Part shown: in pieces, positions 9,640 through 19,411 of the stretch
How positions within the stretch are numbered: the stretch's first letter is position 1
Layout: each line of letters opens with the position of its first letter
DNA from: Candidatus Nomurabacteria bacterium
Lineage (GTDB): Bacteria; Patescibacteriota; Minisyncoccia; Phycocordibacterales; UBA918
NCBI GenBank assembly: GCA_023898585.1
Contig: CP060229.1
Location: forward strand, 726,587-790,586
Reading direction: 5' to 3'
DNA length: 64,000 bases
Translations under genes and position numbers: made by a program
Notes under the pieces: model-generated
The model's input: only the letters and a program-made list of their open reading frames with translations
What the model was told of the DNA's origin: nothing
Database searches by the model: none

Positions 9640-10107
9640 ATGGGTATAATACCGAATCATCCGTTTAGGAGGTTGAAAAACCTTATTGATGATGGTCCAT
9701 TTTGGCGGAAGCGTTGGGTACCGAGAGTGTTAGACCATTTAGTCATAAACACATCGCTACAATTACCACGGTGTTATGAATGTAAAACAAAAAAAGAGGA
9801 TCCGGATTGGCGTAAAAATTGGAAGTGGGTTCTTTTGGAGTCAGCCGGTCCGGTGGAATATTGGCCGATTTACTTCAGTTTCATTAAACACGGATTTGGT
9901 ATGGGAACATTACTACCGATCCGGACTCGTCTGTTTGTCATGAGAATTGGTGATAGACCAATTGAATTGATAACGATAGATAACACTGGGAATGTTTATA
10001 AGCCAGAATTTGCGTTTCTGGATGAATCTGACAAACCGCTTATATTAGGTAAGAATGAAATGCTTCTCTTCCTGTCTTTACACGGCGGGGACGCAACTTT
10101 CATATGA
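9640..10107 (+). CDS. hypothetical protein
   Basis: 155-aa ORF, Trp-rich, no motifs. A strong terminator follows. Confidence 0.4.
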   Translation: MGIIPNHPFRRLKNLIDDGPFWRKRWVPRVLDHLVINTSLQLPRCYECKTKKEDPDWRKNWKWVLLESAGPVEYWPIYFSFIKHGFGMGTLLPIRTRLFVMRIGDRPIELITIDNTGNVYKPEFAFLDESDKPLILGKNEMLLFLSLHGGDATFI

Positions 10108-10130
10108 TTTTCGACTCCGCGAAAAAGATT

Positions 10131-10164
10131 GCCGTGCCTGGTTTATAACCGGCACGGTTTTTTT
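10131..10164 (+). terminator. rho-independent terminator
   Basis: gccgtgcctgg-tttataa-ccggcacgg stem followed by TTTTTTT. Confidence 0.7.
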
Positions 10165-10225
10165 ATACCTGCACATTTTCTGAAACGGCGACTATGATAA
10201 ACTATTTTTATAATTATTTTTTACT

Positions 10226-11458
10226 ATGAATAAACAGACGTATAAATTCCCAGACGGTTTTTTTTGGGGAGCCGGCAGTTCCAGTTATCAAGTGGAAGGA
10301 GGGATCGAAAATAACGATTGGGCCAAAGCTTCCCAAGAAGGTAGAGTGCCTCCGTGTGGACGAGCGTGTGATCATTATAATCGTTACGAAGAAGACTTCG
10401 ATATCGCAAGATCACTTAGCCACAACGCCCACCGCTTTTCGATAGAGTGGTCACGAATTGAACCCGAAGAGGGCAAATTTAGTCAGGAGGCGGTTGAGCA
10501 TTATCGTCGTGTTCTACAGGCGTTAAAAGCGCGGGGAATCGAACCATACATAACCATTTGGCATTTCTGGATGCCTCTTTGGTTTAGTGAAAGTGGTGGT
10601 TTTAAGCGGAAAGACTCATCACAGATATTCGCTCGATATGCTCGGTATGTCGTCGAGCAACTAGGAGATTTGGCCACTAAGTTTTCTACGATTAATGAAC
10701 CTTACAGTGTCGTTGTAAATGGTTATGTGCGTGGAAATTGGCCACCGTTTTATGAAGTACCACTGATGTCGTTTGTCGATCTTCCAAATGGTAACGCAAC
10801 TAAGCAAGTGCCAAAACGTAGTTGGCGGGGGTTGTTTGACTTTTTTACCGTGGCCAATAAGTTGGCAGACGCTCACAACGAAGCGTACGACGCGATAAAG
10901 GGAGTAAGACCGGAAGTTGATGTCAGTATTGTGTTTCAGGTATTTATTTGGGAAGCAAATAATAATCCTATTAACAAGCTTTTAGCAAAATTGCAAACTT
11001 GGAACATGACCACTCGCTTTATGAACAAAGTGGCTAATCGTTGTGATTCGATTGGTGTGAATCATTATTTTTATCGTCGACTCGGTGGCTCTCCGAAGAG
11101 ACAGGTATCAGATACTGGCTGGGAGTTGTATCCGGAAAAAATTTATAATTCTCTCAAGATACTTAGCAGATATAAAAAACCAATGTACGTAGCCGAAGTC
11201 GGTGTAGCTGACGCGGACGATAAGTATCGGTCTGAATACATCAAGAATGCATTACTGGGAGTTCATCGGGCTATAAAAGAGGGGATTAACGTAAAAGGTT
11301 TTTTATATTGGTCGCTTCTTGATAATTATGAATTGGCACTCGGGTATGACAAGCGGTTTGGTTTGGTTGAAGTGAATTACGACACGCTGGAAAGAAAAAT
11401 CAGACCCTCGGCCTACGTGTATAAAAAAATCATTGAAGACAACGGCATAGTAGAATAG
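10226..11458 (+). CDS. glycoside hydrolase family 1 (beta-glucosidase-like)
   Basis: N-terminal FPDGFFWGAGSSSYQVEGG GH1 signature. TINEP (acid/base Glu) and VAEVG in place of ITENG (nucleophile Glu). Confidence 0.85.
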   Translation: MNKQTYKFPDGFFWGAGSSSYQVEGGIENNDWAKASQEGRVPPCGRACDHYNRYEEDFDIARSLSHNAHRFSIEWSRIEPEEGKFSQEAVEHYRRVLQALKARGIEPYITIWHFWMPLWFSESGGFKRKDSSQIFARYARYVVEQLGDLATKFSTINEPYSVVVNGYVRGNWPPFYEVPLMSFVDLPNGNATKQVPKRSWRGLFDFFTVANKLADAHNEAYDAIKGVRPEVDVSIVFQVFIWEANNNPINKLLAKLQTWNMTTRFMNKVANRCDSIGVNHYFYRRLGGSPKRQVSDTGWELYPEKIYNSLKILSRYKKPMYVAEVGVADADDKYRSEYIKNALLGVHRAIKEGINVKGFLYWSLLDNYELALGYDKRFGLVEVNYDTLERKIRPSAYVYKKIIEDNGIVE

Positions 11459-11470
11459 AAACGTGGTTAA

Positions 11471-12433
11471 TTGTGCATTAACATGACATGGATTCTGTTG
11501 GCAACCGCAGGGCAGTTTCTGAACGCTCTGGTAGCTATTTTCGATAAATACATTGTTTCGGATGAAAAAGTTTTACCGCGTCCTTTTGTGTACGCTTTTT
11601 ATTCTTGTTTATTGACGGGTGGATGGATTGTGATTTTTTTTCTGGGCTGGATTCCTGGGTTGTCGGATTTCGGCTTTCCTTCTCTTGAAAACGTAAAGTC
11701 TCCTTCTTTGCAAGTGGTGGCGATGTCATTCCTTTCGGCCTATACTTTCTTCATCGCTCTAGTGTCCATGTTTGACGCTCTTAAGAGAGCCGACGCGTCA
11801 AATACTATGCCGATCATCGGTTCGGTGTCAGCACTGTCCGCTTTTGGAATGAGCTACTTGTTTTTAGGAGAAGAATTGACCGATAACTTCGCTGTCGGTG
11901 TGGTTTTGTTGGCTGTCGGTACAATGCTGGTAGCACAAACTCTGCCGAAGATTAATGTTGTGATACAGGTTCTGCACAGCGGTCTCTTTTTTGCTCTCCA
12001 TTACATAACGATGAAAGGTCTTTTCAATACCAATGGTTTTGACGACGGTTTTTTTTGGTCCAGAATCGGTTTTGTGGTTTTTGTTCTCTCACTTTTATTG
12101 GTCCCGGTTTATTTTGATAAGGTAAAGACAGAAACAAAAAAGGTTACTAAGAAAGTAGGCGCTATAGTATTGATGGTGAAAATTGTCGCTGGAGTAGCTT
12201 CGTTTATGCTACTGAAAGCGACTGACCTTGGTGATCCGTCGGTAGTGCAAGCACTTGGTGGCCTGCAATACATATTCATCCTTATCATCAGTATTTCATT
12301 TGCCGAATGGCTTCCTGCCTCTGTTGCCGACAGCGATACAAGACCAAGCACTTTCTTTAGACGCCTACTTTTTGTCGTGGTCATATTGGTTGGTTTCATG
12401 ATGCTTTTTGTTGATTCGATTAAATTTGTTTAG
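11471..12433 (+). CDS. polytopic membrane protein (about 10 TM; DMT/EamA-like permease possible)
   Basis: Hydrophobicity pattern only. Lies between two glycoside hydrolases. Confidence 0.4.
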   Translation: MCINMTWILLATAGQFLNALVAIFDKYIVSDEKVLPRPFVYAFYSCLLTGGWIVIFFLGWIPGLSDFGFPSLENVKSPSLQVVAMSFLSAYTFFIALVSMFDALKRADASNTMPIIGSVSALSAFGMSYLFLGEELTDNFAVGVVLLAVGTMLVAQTLPKINVVIQVLHSGLFFALHYITMKGLFNTNGFDDGFFWSRIGFVVFVLSLLLVPVYFDKVKTETKKVTKKVGAIVLMVKIVAGVASFMLLKATDLGDPSVVQALGGLQYIFILIISISFAEWLPASVADSDTRPSTFFRRLLFVVVILVGFMMLFVDSIKFV

Positions 12434-12437
12434 GGAC

Positions 12438-13442
12438 ATGAAAAAGAGAATTTTGTACAGTTTGGTAGGTTTGGTTCTGGTCTTTCTGTTTCTGCTTTGG
12501 TTGCTGGCACAAAAGCCGGTTCCAGAACAAATCACCTACGGAATGTCTTTTAACACAATGTACGCCAGAGAACTTGGTTTGGACTGGAAAGAAACCTACG
12601 ACGCGATAATTGATGATTTGCAGGTTCGCCATTTACGTTTATCGGCACACTGGCCGATGATTGAACCGATTGTCAATGTTTACAATTTTGAAGAACTTGA
12701 TTACCAAATAGAACGTGCTGAAGAGGTTGGTGCGAAAGTTATACTGGCAGTCGGGAGGAGATTGCCCCGCTGGCCCGAATGTCACGTGCCGGATTGGACC
12801 CGCGGTCTTTCTCTGAAGGAAAGACAAGTAGCTCAGATTCGTTACATGACAGAGGTTGTAAATCGTTACAAAGACAATAAAGCCGTAATCATGTGGCAAG
12901 TGGAAAATGAACCGTTCTTGAAAGCCTTTGCTTTTGAGCATTGTGGGGAGTTGGATGTCGCTTTTCTTGAAAAAGAAATCTCCTTGGTTAAAGAACTTGA
13001 CCCCGGAAGACAGATACTGATTACTGACAGCGGAAATCTCGGTACGTGGAAAGGAGCGTACAGTCGTGGTGATATTTTTGGAACCAGTGTTTACGTGCAC
13101 TTTTGGAATCCTGAACTGGGGCAATTCAGAACAGTTTTGCCGGCCTGGGCTTACCGAGTTAAAGACAATCTAATGCAGTCATTCTATGAGCAAAAAAACA
13201 GTATTTTGATCGAACTATCCGCTGAACCATGGTTGTTGGAGCCTGTTAACAATGTCTCGTTAGAGACACAATTTACCAGAATGAATCTTGAGAAGTTCGA
13301 AGATATATTGGAATACGCCAAGGAAACTCGGTTTGATACCCAGTATTTATGGGGAGGTGAATGGTGGTATTGGCTTCATCTTCAGGGTCATTCGGAAATG
13401 TGGGAGAGAGGTCGGCGTTTATTCGTGAAAGAGAGTGAATAA
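12438..13442 (+). CDS. membrane-anchored glycoside hydrolase, clan GH-A (GH5-like)
   Basis: N-terminal TM. WQVENEP (NEP acid/base motif) and a TIM-barrel-like pattern. ATG at 12438 chosen over the track's 12408, which overlaps the upstream gene. Confidence 0.6.
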   Translation: MKKRILYSLVGLVLVFLFLLWLLAQKPVPEQITYGMSFNTMYARELGLDWKETYDAIIDDLQVRHLRLSAHWPMIEPIVNVYNFEELDYQIERAEEVGAKVILAVGRRLPRWPECHVPDWTRGLSLKERQVAQIRYMTEVVNRYKDNKAVIMWQVENEPFLKAFAFEHCGELDVAFLEKEISLVKELDPGRQILITDSGNLGTWKGAYSRGDIFGTSVYVHFWNPELGQFRTVLPAWAYRVKDNLMQSFYEQKNSILIELSAEPWLLEPVNNVSLETQFTRMNLEKFEDILEYAKETRFDTQYLWGGEWWYWLHLQGHSEMWERGRRLFVKESE

Positions 13443-13463
13443 TCAACCGTAGTAAATATTTGT

Positions 13464-14660
13464 ATGGAATCAGCCAAAACAGCGAAAATAGCACTTTTAA
13501 GTAGTCTCATCACTATTTTTATCGTAATCAATGCAGTTTTTTTATTTCGTCATGATTTGATTTCTTTCTTAAAAACTGAAATTTCCGTTCCTTCGGCTAC
13601 CAAAGAAGCACCAAAAACTGTTTCAAGTGAAGAACTGATCGTATCGACTATTGAAAAAGTTAACCCGGCTGTCGTTTCAGTGGTTGTTACAAAAGACGTT
13701 CCTGTTTATGAACGTTATTACGAATCGTACGATAGAGGTTTTTTCGGAAGTTTTAATATACCTAAGGTAAGAGAAAACGGGACCGAAGAGAGGGAGGTGG
13801 GAGGAGGGTCCGGATTCATAGTTAGTAGTGATGGTATGATTGTTACCAATCGACACGTGGTTGATGACGAAGAGGCTCATTACACGATTCTACTAAACGA
13901 TGGGACAATCTATAATGTCGAAGTTTTAGCTCGCGATCCACAGCTTGATATAGCGATATTGAAGATAACCGAACCACTGGAAAAAGCGCTGACTTTTGTG
14001 ACCTTTGGTGATTCTGAAACATTGAAACTGGGAGAGACAGCCATTGCTATCGGAAACGCATTGGCCGAATTCAGAAACTCTGTGTCGGTTGGTGTCGTGT
14101 CTGGACTATCACGCTCTATTGTGGCTAGAGACAGTCTCGGGAGGAGTGAACAATTGGACCAAGTTATTCAAACTGACGCAGCTATCAATCCGGGTAATTC
14201 CGGTGGTCCACTTTTGAATATAAACGGAGAAGTCATCGGGGTGAATGTAGCAACTTCACGTGGTGCCGACAATATCGGTTTTGCATTACCTGCTCACGTA
14301 ATTAAAGGTGTTGTTGAATCGGTCAGAGAATACGGAGAAATAGTTCGTCCTTTCCTAGGTGTCAGGTATGCCATGATAACCGAACAGATGTCCAAGAAAA
14401 ATAATTTGGAAGTGAACTACGGAGCTTTGGTTGTTCGTGGAGAAACAGTCGAAGAGTTAGCTGTTATGCCCGGTTCTCCAGCCGATAAGGCGGGTATTAC
14501 TGAAAATAACATAATTCTTTCCATTGACGGGGTAGATTTGCGAGAGCTGGACTTAGCTACGGTACTAAGAAGTAAAAAAGTCGGACAGGAAGTCAAGTTG
14601 GAAATCCTGCAAGCGGGTGAGAGGAAAACGCTCCCAGTCACGCTAGACAAAGCGCTATAA
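13464..14660 (+). CDS. HtrA/DegP-family serine protease with C-terminal PDZ domain
   Basis: Catalytic triad context HVV (His), D, and GNSGGPLLN (Ser). N-terminal TM and a C-terminal PDZ-like segment. Confidence 0.9.
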   Translation: MESAKTAKIALLSSLITIFIVINAVFLFRHDLISFLKTEISVPSATKEAPKTVSSEELIVSTIEKVNPAVVSVVVTKDVPVYERYYESYDRGFFGSFNIPKVRENGTEEREVGGGSGFIVSSDGMIVTNRHVVDDEEAHYTILLNDGTIYNVEVLARDPQLDIAILKITEPLEKALTFVTFGDSETLKLGETAIAIGNALAEFRNSVSVGVVSGLSRSIVARDSLGRSEQLDQVIQTDAAINPGNSGGPLLNINGEVIGVNVATSRGADNIGFALPAHVIKGVVESVREYGEIVRPFLGVRYAMITEQMSKKNNLEVNYGALVVRGETVEELAVMPGSPADKAGITENNIILSIDGVDLRELDLATVLRSKKVGQEVKLEILQAGERKTLPVTLDKAL

Positions 14661-14667
14661 TATAAGG

Positions 14668-14997
14668 ATGGAGAATAAAGAAACTAACAATGAGGTTAAG
14701 AGTACGGTGTCAGGGGTAACAAAGGTTGCGGAGGAGACCTTGGACGACATACAACTTGTGGTTGATACAGCGGATAAACATTTTGAAAAAGCGGTTGATC
14801 CTATCAGAAAAAGTATTCTGAAGCGTTTCCCGGTTTTGTTTTTACTGGCTGTTACCTTTGGTTTTACGGCGATTGTGACGGGAATGGAGCAGTTATTGAT
14901 TCAGCATGATGTTTTGCAAAAACATCCGGCGGTTATCCTTTCCTTAGGTATTGGTACGCTGGTTCTAACTGGTACACTATATAAGAAATTAGGTTAA
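14668..14997 (+). CDS. hypothetical small membrane protein
   Basis: 109 aa with two C-terminal TM helices. Confidence 0.4.
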   Translation: MENKETNNEVKSTVSGVTKVAEETLDDIQLVVDTADKHFEKAVDPIRKSILKRFPVLFLLAVTFGFTAIVTGMEQLLIQHDVLQKHPAVILSLGIGTLVLTGTLYKKLG

Positions 14998-14999
14998 AC

Positions 15000-15173
15000 A
15001 TGAGCTTCTTTAGATTTGCTTTCTCGTTTCTTTACACGCGCAATTGGCACACCGGAGAGATGGAAATTTCTCGTCCAAGATTGGCTCTTTTTTGTGGGGC
15101 GATTTTCTTGTTGATGTTGGCGCTCACCATTATCAGTTTTTTGCAAGCGCCGGTAGTTTATACTGCTAAATGA
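15000..15173 (+). CDS. small hydrophobic ORF (57 aa), missing from the ORF track
   Basis: ATG at 15000 immediately after the upstream stop. Encodes MSFFRFAFSFLYTRNWHTGEMEISRPRLALFCGAIFLLMLALTIISFLQAPVVYTAK. TGA at 15171-15173 overlaps the ATG at 15170 (ATGA). Confidence 0.3.
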   Translation: MSFFRFAFSFLYTRNWHTGEMEISRPRLALFCGAIFLLMLALTIISFLQAPVVYTAK

Positions 15174-15586
15174 AACGCTTCTTAGTGGTATCGGGAATTA
15201 CTCTTTTCCTGGCTCTCGTGTCGGCTGTGGTTGTATTTGTGTTGATTGTTACCCAACTACCCGCTTATACATTTAATCCCGAAAATGGAGAAATTAGAAA
15301 GGGTGCCGAACCATCAATGGCTGAGGTTAAGGTCAAGAATGAAATCATGTCTGATGTTGAAAGACCAAAAAAAGAGGTTTACCTTCGTGATGTACCTCTT
15401 AGTGATGACCACAGAGCCATTTTAAGAACGGCCGGAATAGATGTAGAAACATTTGTTGTGACCGAAGCTATACAGGTTTGCATTGCCGATAAACTCGGAG
15501 TCGAGCGTAAGAATGAGATATTTTCTGGCAGTTCACCAAACGTGGTTGAGGTGACCAAGTTGTTATCCTGTGCGAATGTAAAATGA
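15170..15586 (+). CDS. hypothetical secreted/membrane-anchored protein
   Basis: N-terminal TM/signal, no motifs. Confidence 0.4.
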   Translation: MKRFLVVSGITLFLALVSAVVVFVLIVTQLPAYTFNPENGEIRKGAEPSMAEVKVKNEIMSDVERPKKEVYLRDVPLSDDHRAILRTAGIDVETFVVTEAIQVCIADKLGVERKNEIFSGSSPNVVEVTKLLSCANVK

Positions 15587-15637
15587 CGATTGCATCAGCT
15601 TCAAAACAAAGTATACTAAACTGACAAAGAATAAATT

Positions 15638-16429
15638 ATGACCGTGTTCGCTCGTTTTCGTGCCTTACCCGACAAAGATAAAGCTTCTTTAATCAGGAAG
15701 CTTGTTGAAAATGGCACACCCGATTTCGATTATTTTTATCTGATCGGGCTTTCGACACTGATGGCGACATTGGGATTGCTTCTTGATAGTGGTTCGATAG
15801 TCATCGGTAGTATGTTGATTGCGCCACTTATGTACCCCGTGCTTGGAGTATCTCTTGGTCTTGTAATGATGGGCGATAACACTTCCTTACTGCAACGTGC
15901 TTTGAACACCTTGACCAAGTCACTAGCAATCGGTCTTGGCCTTTCCATAATAGCGGCACTTCTTTTTGGTAATGGCGATGAAGGTTTCTATCAAACAGCC
16001 GAGGTGATGTCACGTACAACACCCAACCACCTTCATTTATTGGTAGCCATCGTCGCCGGCGCCGCGGTTGCATACATGTTAGCTCGTCCTGAGTGGGGGG
16101 ATGCTCTCCCTGGAGTTGCGATTGCGGTCGCTTTAGTTCCTCCGCTCGCTACTGTTGGGGTAGGGATCGCGGCAGCTGATGTTGCGGTTATTTCTGGCGC
16201 AACTATGATTCTATTACTAAACTTGTTTGGTATAATAGCCGTTGCGGTTTTTGTTTTCCTCTTAATGAATTTGTCAGAGCAGGAAAATGTTGCTGAATCA
16301 ACTGTTAAGCGTGAAGATAAAAAGATTGAATCGGAAAACAAAGTCATTGCCGAAGTGGCGGAAAAAATTACGGTGAGTAAAGAGAAGAATAAAAAGATTG
16401 TTATCAGAGAAGATATAAAAACAGAATAA
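15638..16429 (+). CDS. DUF389-family membrane protein
   Basis: LIGLSTLMATLGLL...MLIAPLMYPVLG block typical of the DUF389/TIGR00341 hydrophobic domain, 6 TM. Confidence 0.55.
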   Translation: MTVFARFRALPDKDKASLIRKLVENGTPDFDYFYLIGLSTLMATLGLLLDSGSIVIGSMLIAPLMYPVLGVSLGLVMMGDNTSLLQRALNTLTKSLAIGLGLSIIAALLFGNGDEGFYQTAEVMSRTTPNHLHLLVAIVAGAAVAYMLARPEWGDALPGVAIAVALVPPLATVGVGIAAADVAVISGATMILLLNLFGIIAVAVFVFLLMNLSEQENVAESTVKREDKKIESENKVIAEVAEKITVSKEKNKKIVIREDIKTE

Positions 16430-17556
16430 TGACTTCTATTATTGCACGTAAATTCATCCCTATATCGTTATTAGCAATCGTGTTTGCTCTTAGTACTTCT
16501 TATACTGAAGCAAAAACGGTTGTCCGGTCAGGCAACACAGTTTCTATTGCTGAAGAGCAAAGTGTTGAGGGAGATTTTTACACAGCAGCAAATATTATCA
16601 ATATATCAGGTCAGGTTTCCGAGGATTTAGTTGCCGCCGGCGGACAGATAACTATAAACGGACCGGTTAACGAAGACGTGTTCCTGATTTCTGGGAGGAC
16701 GGATGTCCACGGCTCTGTTGGAGATGATTTAAGAATTATATCCGGTGAAGTGACAATCGCCGAGCCGGTAGCCGGCGATGTTTTTGTGATTGCTGGTGTT
16801 GTCAATATTCTTTCCACAGCTACTGTCTCTGGAGACGTTGTCTTATACGCCGGTCAAGCGACGATAGAAGGTTCAGTGGAAGGAAATGTTATCGGGTCCG
16901 TAGAACTGCTGAGAGTAGACGGAATGGTCGGTGGTGATGTTGATGTAAAAGTAACAGATTTTACTCTGGGCGACAGGGCGGAGATAACCGGATCTGTTCG
17001 CTATGTCAGTAACAACTTGGTGGTCCAATCATTGGACGCTAATATTTCCGGCGAATTGGTCAGAAACGACCCTGTAGCGGAAACAGTCGAGGTTGATCTT
17101 CGGGTAGCTTTAGTGCCGGCATTATCCTTGCTTTTTTCAGTTTTGGTTTGGTACTTAGTGTCTCGAAGAACATTAAATTCAATTGTTGGTCGTGCTCTTG
17201 TGAAAAGTCCACGTCCGATTTTGCTTGGTTTTGCAACTCTATTTTTTACGCCACTCGCATCCGGTATTCTTATAGCCAGTATGATTGGGGCGCCGGTTGG
17301 TTTAGTTACTTTTGTGGGTTATGTGCTTCTTCTTTTACTCAGTTTGATTGCTGTACCTTCCGTATTAGGGCACTTGTTAATGAAGGCGTTTAATCAGCCC
17401 AATGCTAAATTATCTCTCATAACCCTGGTTGTTGGAGTGGTGGGTGTTGTACTATTAATGCTACTAACATTTATCGGACAATTGATTCTCGTTGGTGTCA
17501 TGATTCTCTCTTTAGGAGCAATGGTCGATTTGCTTGTGAGGCCGTCTCTGGATTAA
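16429..17556 (+). CDS. membrane protein with bactofilin-like beta-helical repeats (polymer-forming cytoskeletal-like) and C-terminal TM bundle
   Basis: Signal/TM, then ~10 degenerate ~18-aa repeats of the form G-x-V-x-GDV-x-x-x-G-x-V-x-I. Four C-terminal TM helices. Confidence 0.45.
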   Translation: MTSIIARKFIPISLLAIVFALSTSYTEAKTVVRSGNTVSIAEEQSVEGDFYTAANIINISGQVSEDLVAAGGQITINGPVNEDVFLISGRTDVHGSVGDDLRIISGEVTIAEPVAGDVFVIAGVVNILSTATVSGDVVLYAGQATIEGSVEGNVIGSVELLRVDGMVGGDVDVKVTDFTLGDRAEITGSVRYVSNNLVVQSLDANISGELVRNDPVAETVEVDLRVALVPALSLLFSVLVWYLVSRRTLNSIVGRALVKSPRPILLGFATLFFTPLASGILIASMIGAPVGLVTFVGYVLLLLLSLIAVPSVLGHLLMKAFNQPNAKLSLITLVVGVVGVVLLMLLTFIGQLILVGVMILSLGAMVDLLVRPSLD

Positions 17557-17565
17557 CCTCTCTCT

Positions 17566-18396
17566 ATGTTGCAAGTATTATGGGAGGTGTTAAAAGACCT
17601 TTGGAGTTTTGTTTTTCATAGAAAAAGGGACGAGGCCGGTTATGTTGGTACTGCCACAACTTCGACTGAAAAAAAATATGAACCAGTCTTCTCTCCAAAT
17701 ATTGAGAGAAAGGTATTGTCCGAAGACGACAAAAAATATACCCCTACTCAAGAGCATGAAGCTTTTGTCTTGTCAGAAAAATCAATTATCTTTTCCGAGC
17801 CCAGTCTTCTGTTTGATACCAAAGTCTGGGAGTTGTCTTACGGAGACAAATTATGCGTACTGCGTTTTCATGGTTCATTTGCGCAAATCTGCTTTGGACA
17901 CACAAACGGTTGGGTAAAAGCCGATTCATTGACACAAGATCCAACTCTAGTTTTGCCAGAATTTAGGCCGACTTACGTTTATGATGCCAACAATGATCAA
18001 ACTGCAAAACTAAGAGAATATATTAAAGATGTTGCATTGGGTGGCGAACTGAAGATTCCTCTTCAGACTACGGAGTTTATTTTGTACACGTTGGCCTCTC
18101 TTCGTGTAAACATACCGTGGCCAGAGAAGCGACCACGCACACCCGGATCCTGGAAATCTATTTTGCGTGGTGTGCCGGGAATAATAATGACCCTCGAGCC
18201 TAAAACCGGTTCGATACTTGAATACGCCGGAGATGACGGTGTAAATGGTTTTTTGGCATACGTCGTCGCGGTTCACCCGGATCTATCCATAACTATTAAA
18301 AGTATTGGAAGATTAAAAGAAGGAGAATATAGAGAAGAAGATTTTACCCAATCACAGTGGAAAGAATGGCGTCCGGTATTTATCTCATTCTCATAA
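17566..18396 (+). CDS. hypothetical protein
   Basis: 276-aa ORF with no confident motif. Confidence 0.4.
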   Translation: MLQVLWEVLKDLWSFVFHRKRDEAGYVGTATTSTEKKYEPVFSPNIERKVLSEDDKKYTPTQEHEAFVLSEKSIIFSEPSLLFDTKVWELSYGDKLCVLRFHGSFAQICFGHTNGWVKADSLTQDPTLVLPEFRPTYVYDANNDQTAKLREYIKDVALGGELKIPLQTTEFILYTLASLRVNIPWPEKRPRTPGSWKSILRGVPGIIMTLEPKTGSILEYAGDDGVNGFLAYVVAVHPDLSITIKSIGRLKEGEYREEDFTQSQWKEWRPVFISFS

Positions 18397-18416
18397 TCTT
18401 GGTACAATAATCAGAC

Positions 18417-19106
18417 ATGAAGCAAAAAGTGGCATTTTTTGACATAGACGGAACCGTTTTTCGTTCTAGCCTTTTGATTGAACTGGTTAAGCAGTTGATT
18501 TCAGAGGGTGTTTTCCCTGATTATGCTGAAGAAGAGTTCGAGGCGGAGTTTTTGGCTTGGCGCTCAAGGGAGGGGGCCTATAAAGAATACATAGAAGCCG
18601 TCATAAAAGCTTTTTTGAATAACATCAAAGGTGTTCATTATGGTGAATTTGCTGATGTTGGTAGAAGAGTGGTGGCAGTGCAAAGTAAATATGTTTATCG
18701 TTACACACGTGATCTGATTAAAAATTTAAAGAGCGATGGTTACTTTATTATTGCGATATCTCAGTCTCCCAAAACCGTCCTTGATGAATTTTGTGGCCAA
18801 TATGGTTTTGATAAGGTCTATGGTCGATATTATGAGATCGGCCCGCAGGATCGCTTTACCGGGGGAATTATCGACGAACACCTGATTCAAAACAAAGCCA
18901 ATATCGTCAAACGTGTTTTCGATAAGAATCACAATCTAACCCATGAACATTCTGTTGCTGTTGGTGATACTGAAAGCGATATACCGCTTTTGGAGTCAGT
19001 CACTGATCCGATCTGCTTTAATCCCAATCAAGAACTCTACAAATTTGCGAGACGCGAAGGTTGGAAAGTGGTGGTTGAAAGAAAAGATGTAATTTATCAC
19101 CTGTAA
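18417..19106 (+). CDS. HAD-superfamily hydrolase, subfamily IB (phosphoserine-phosphatase-like)
   Basis: FFDIDGTVF (DxDGT motif I) and a C-terminal GD-x-x-x-D motif (AVGDTESD). Confidence 0.75.
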   Translation: MKQKVAFFDIDGTVFRSSLLIELVKQLISEGVFPDYAEEEFEAEFLAWRSREGAYKEYIEAVIKAFLNNIKGVHYGEFADVGRRVVAVQSKYVYRYTRDLIKNLKSDGYFIIAISQSPKTVLDEFCGQYGFDKVYGRYYEIGPQDRFTGGIIDEHLIQNKANIVKRVFDKNHNLTHEHSVAVGDTESDIPLLESVTDPICFNPNQELYKFARREGWKVVVERKDVIYHL

Positions 19107-19132
19107 ATTTATAAATTTGGTATACTGTTGTT

Positions 19133-19357
19133 ATGAACAAAAAAAGACTCGAACGTGATCAAGAAAAAGCTATTATCTCAGGAGTGTTGGCCGGCTTGGC
19201 GAATTATTTTGATCAGGACCCGACGCTGTTTCGAATCGTCGCGATTATTTTCTTAATCTTAACCGGAATATTCCCCGGCCTATTGGTGTATCTGGCAGTT
19301 TGGATAATCATGCCCAAAAAAGACAAAAGTAAATTTGATTATGAAATTGTTGAGTAA
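19133..19357 (+). CDS. PspC-domain small membrane protein
   Basis: ISGVLAGLANYF PspC signature followed by one TM helix. Confidence 0.7.
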   Translation: MNKKRLERDQEKAIISGVLAGLANYFDQDPTLFRIVAIIFLILTGIFPGLLVYLAVWIIMPKKDKSKFDYEIVE

Positions 19358-19411
19358 TTCTGTTATTTTGTTGTGCAAGGCAGTTCGTCTCCCGGGCTAA
19401 ATCAGCCAATT

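Noticed and set aside
16033-16347. Antisense ORFs inside DUF389 and other long genes (for example 16033-16347, 21440-21922, 55435-55917)
   Set aside because: They lie opposite well-supported genes (DUF389 protein, IF-2, PepA) and lack motifs. Typical shadow frames.
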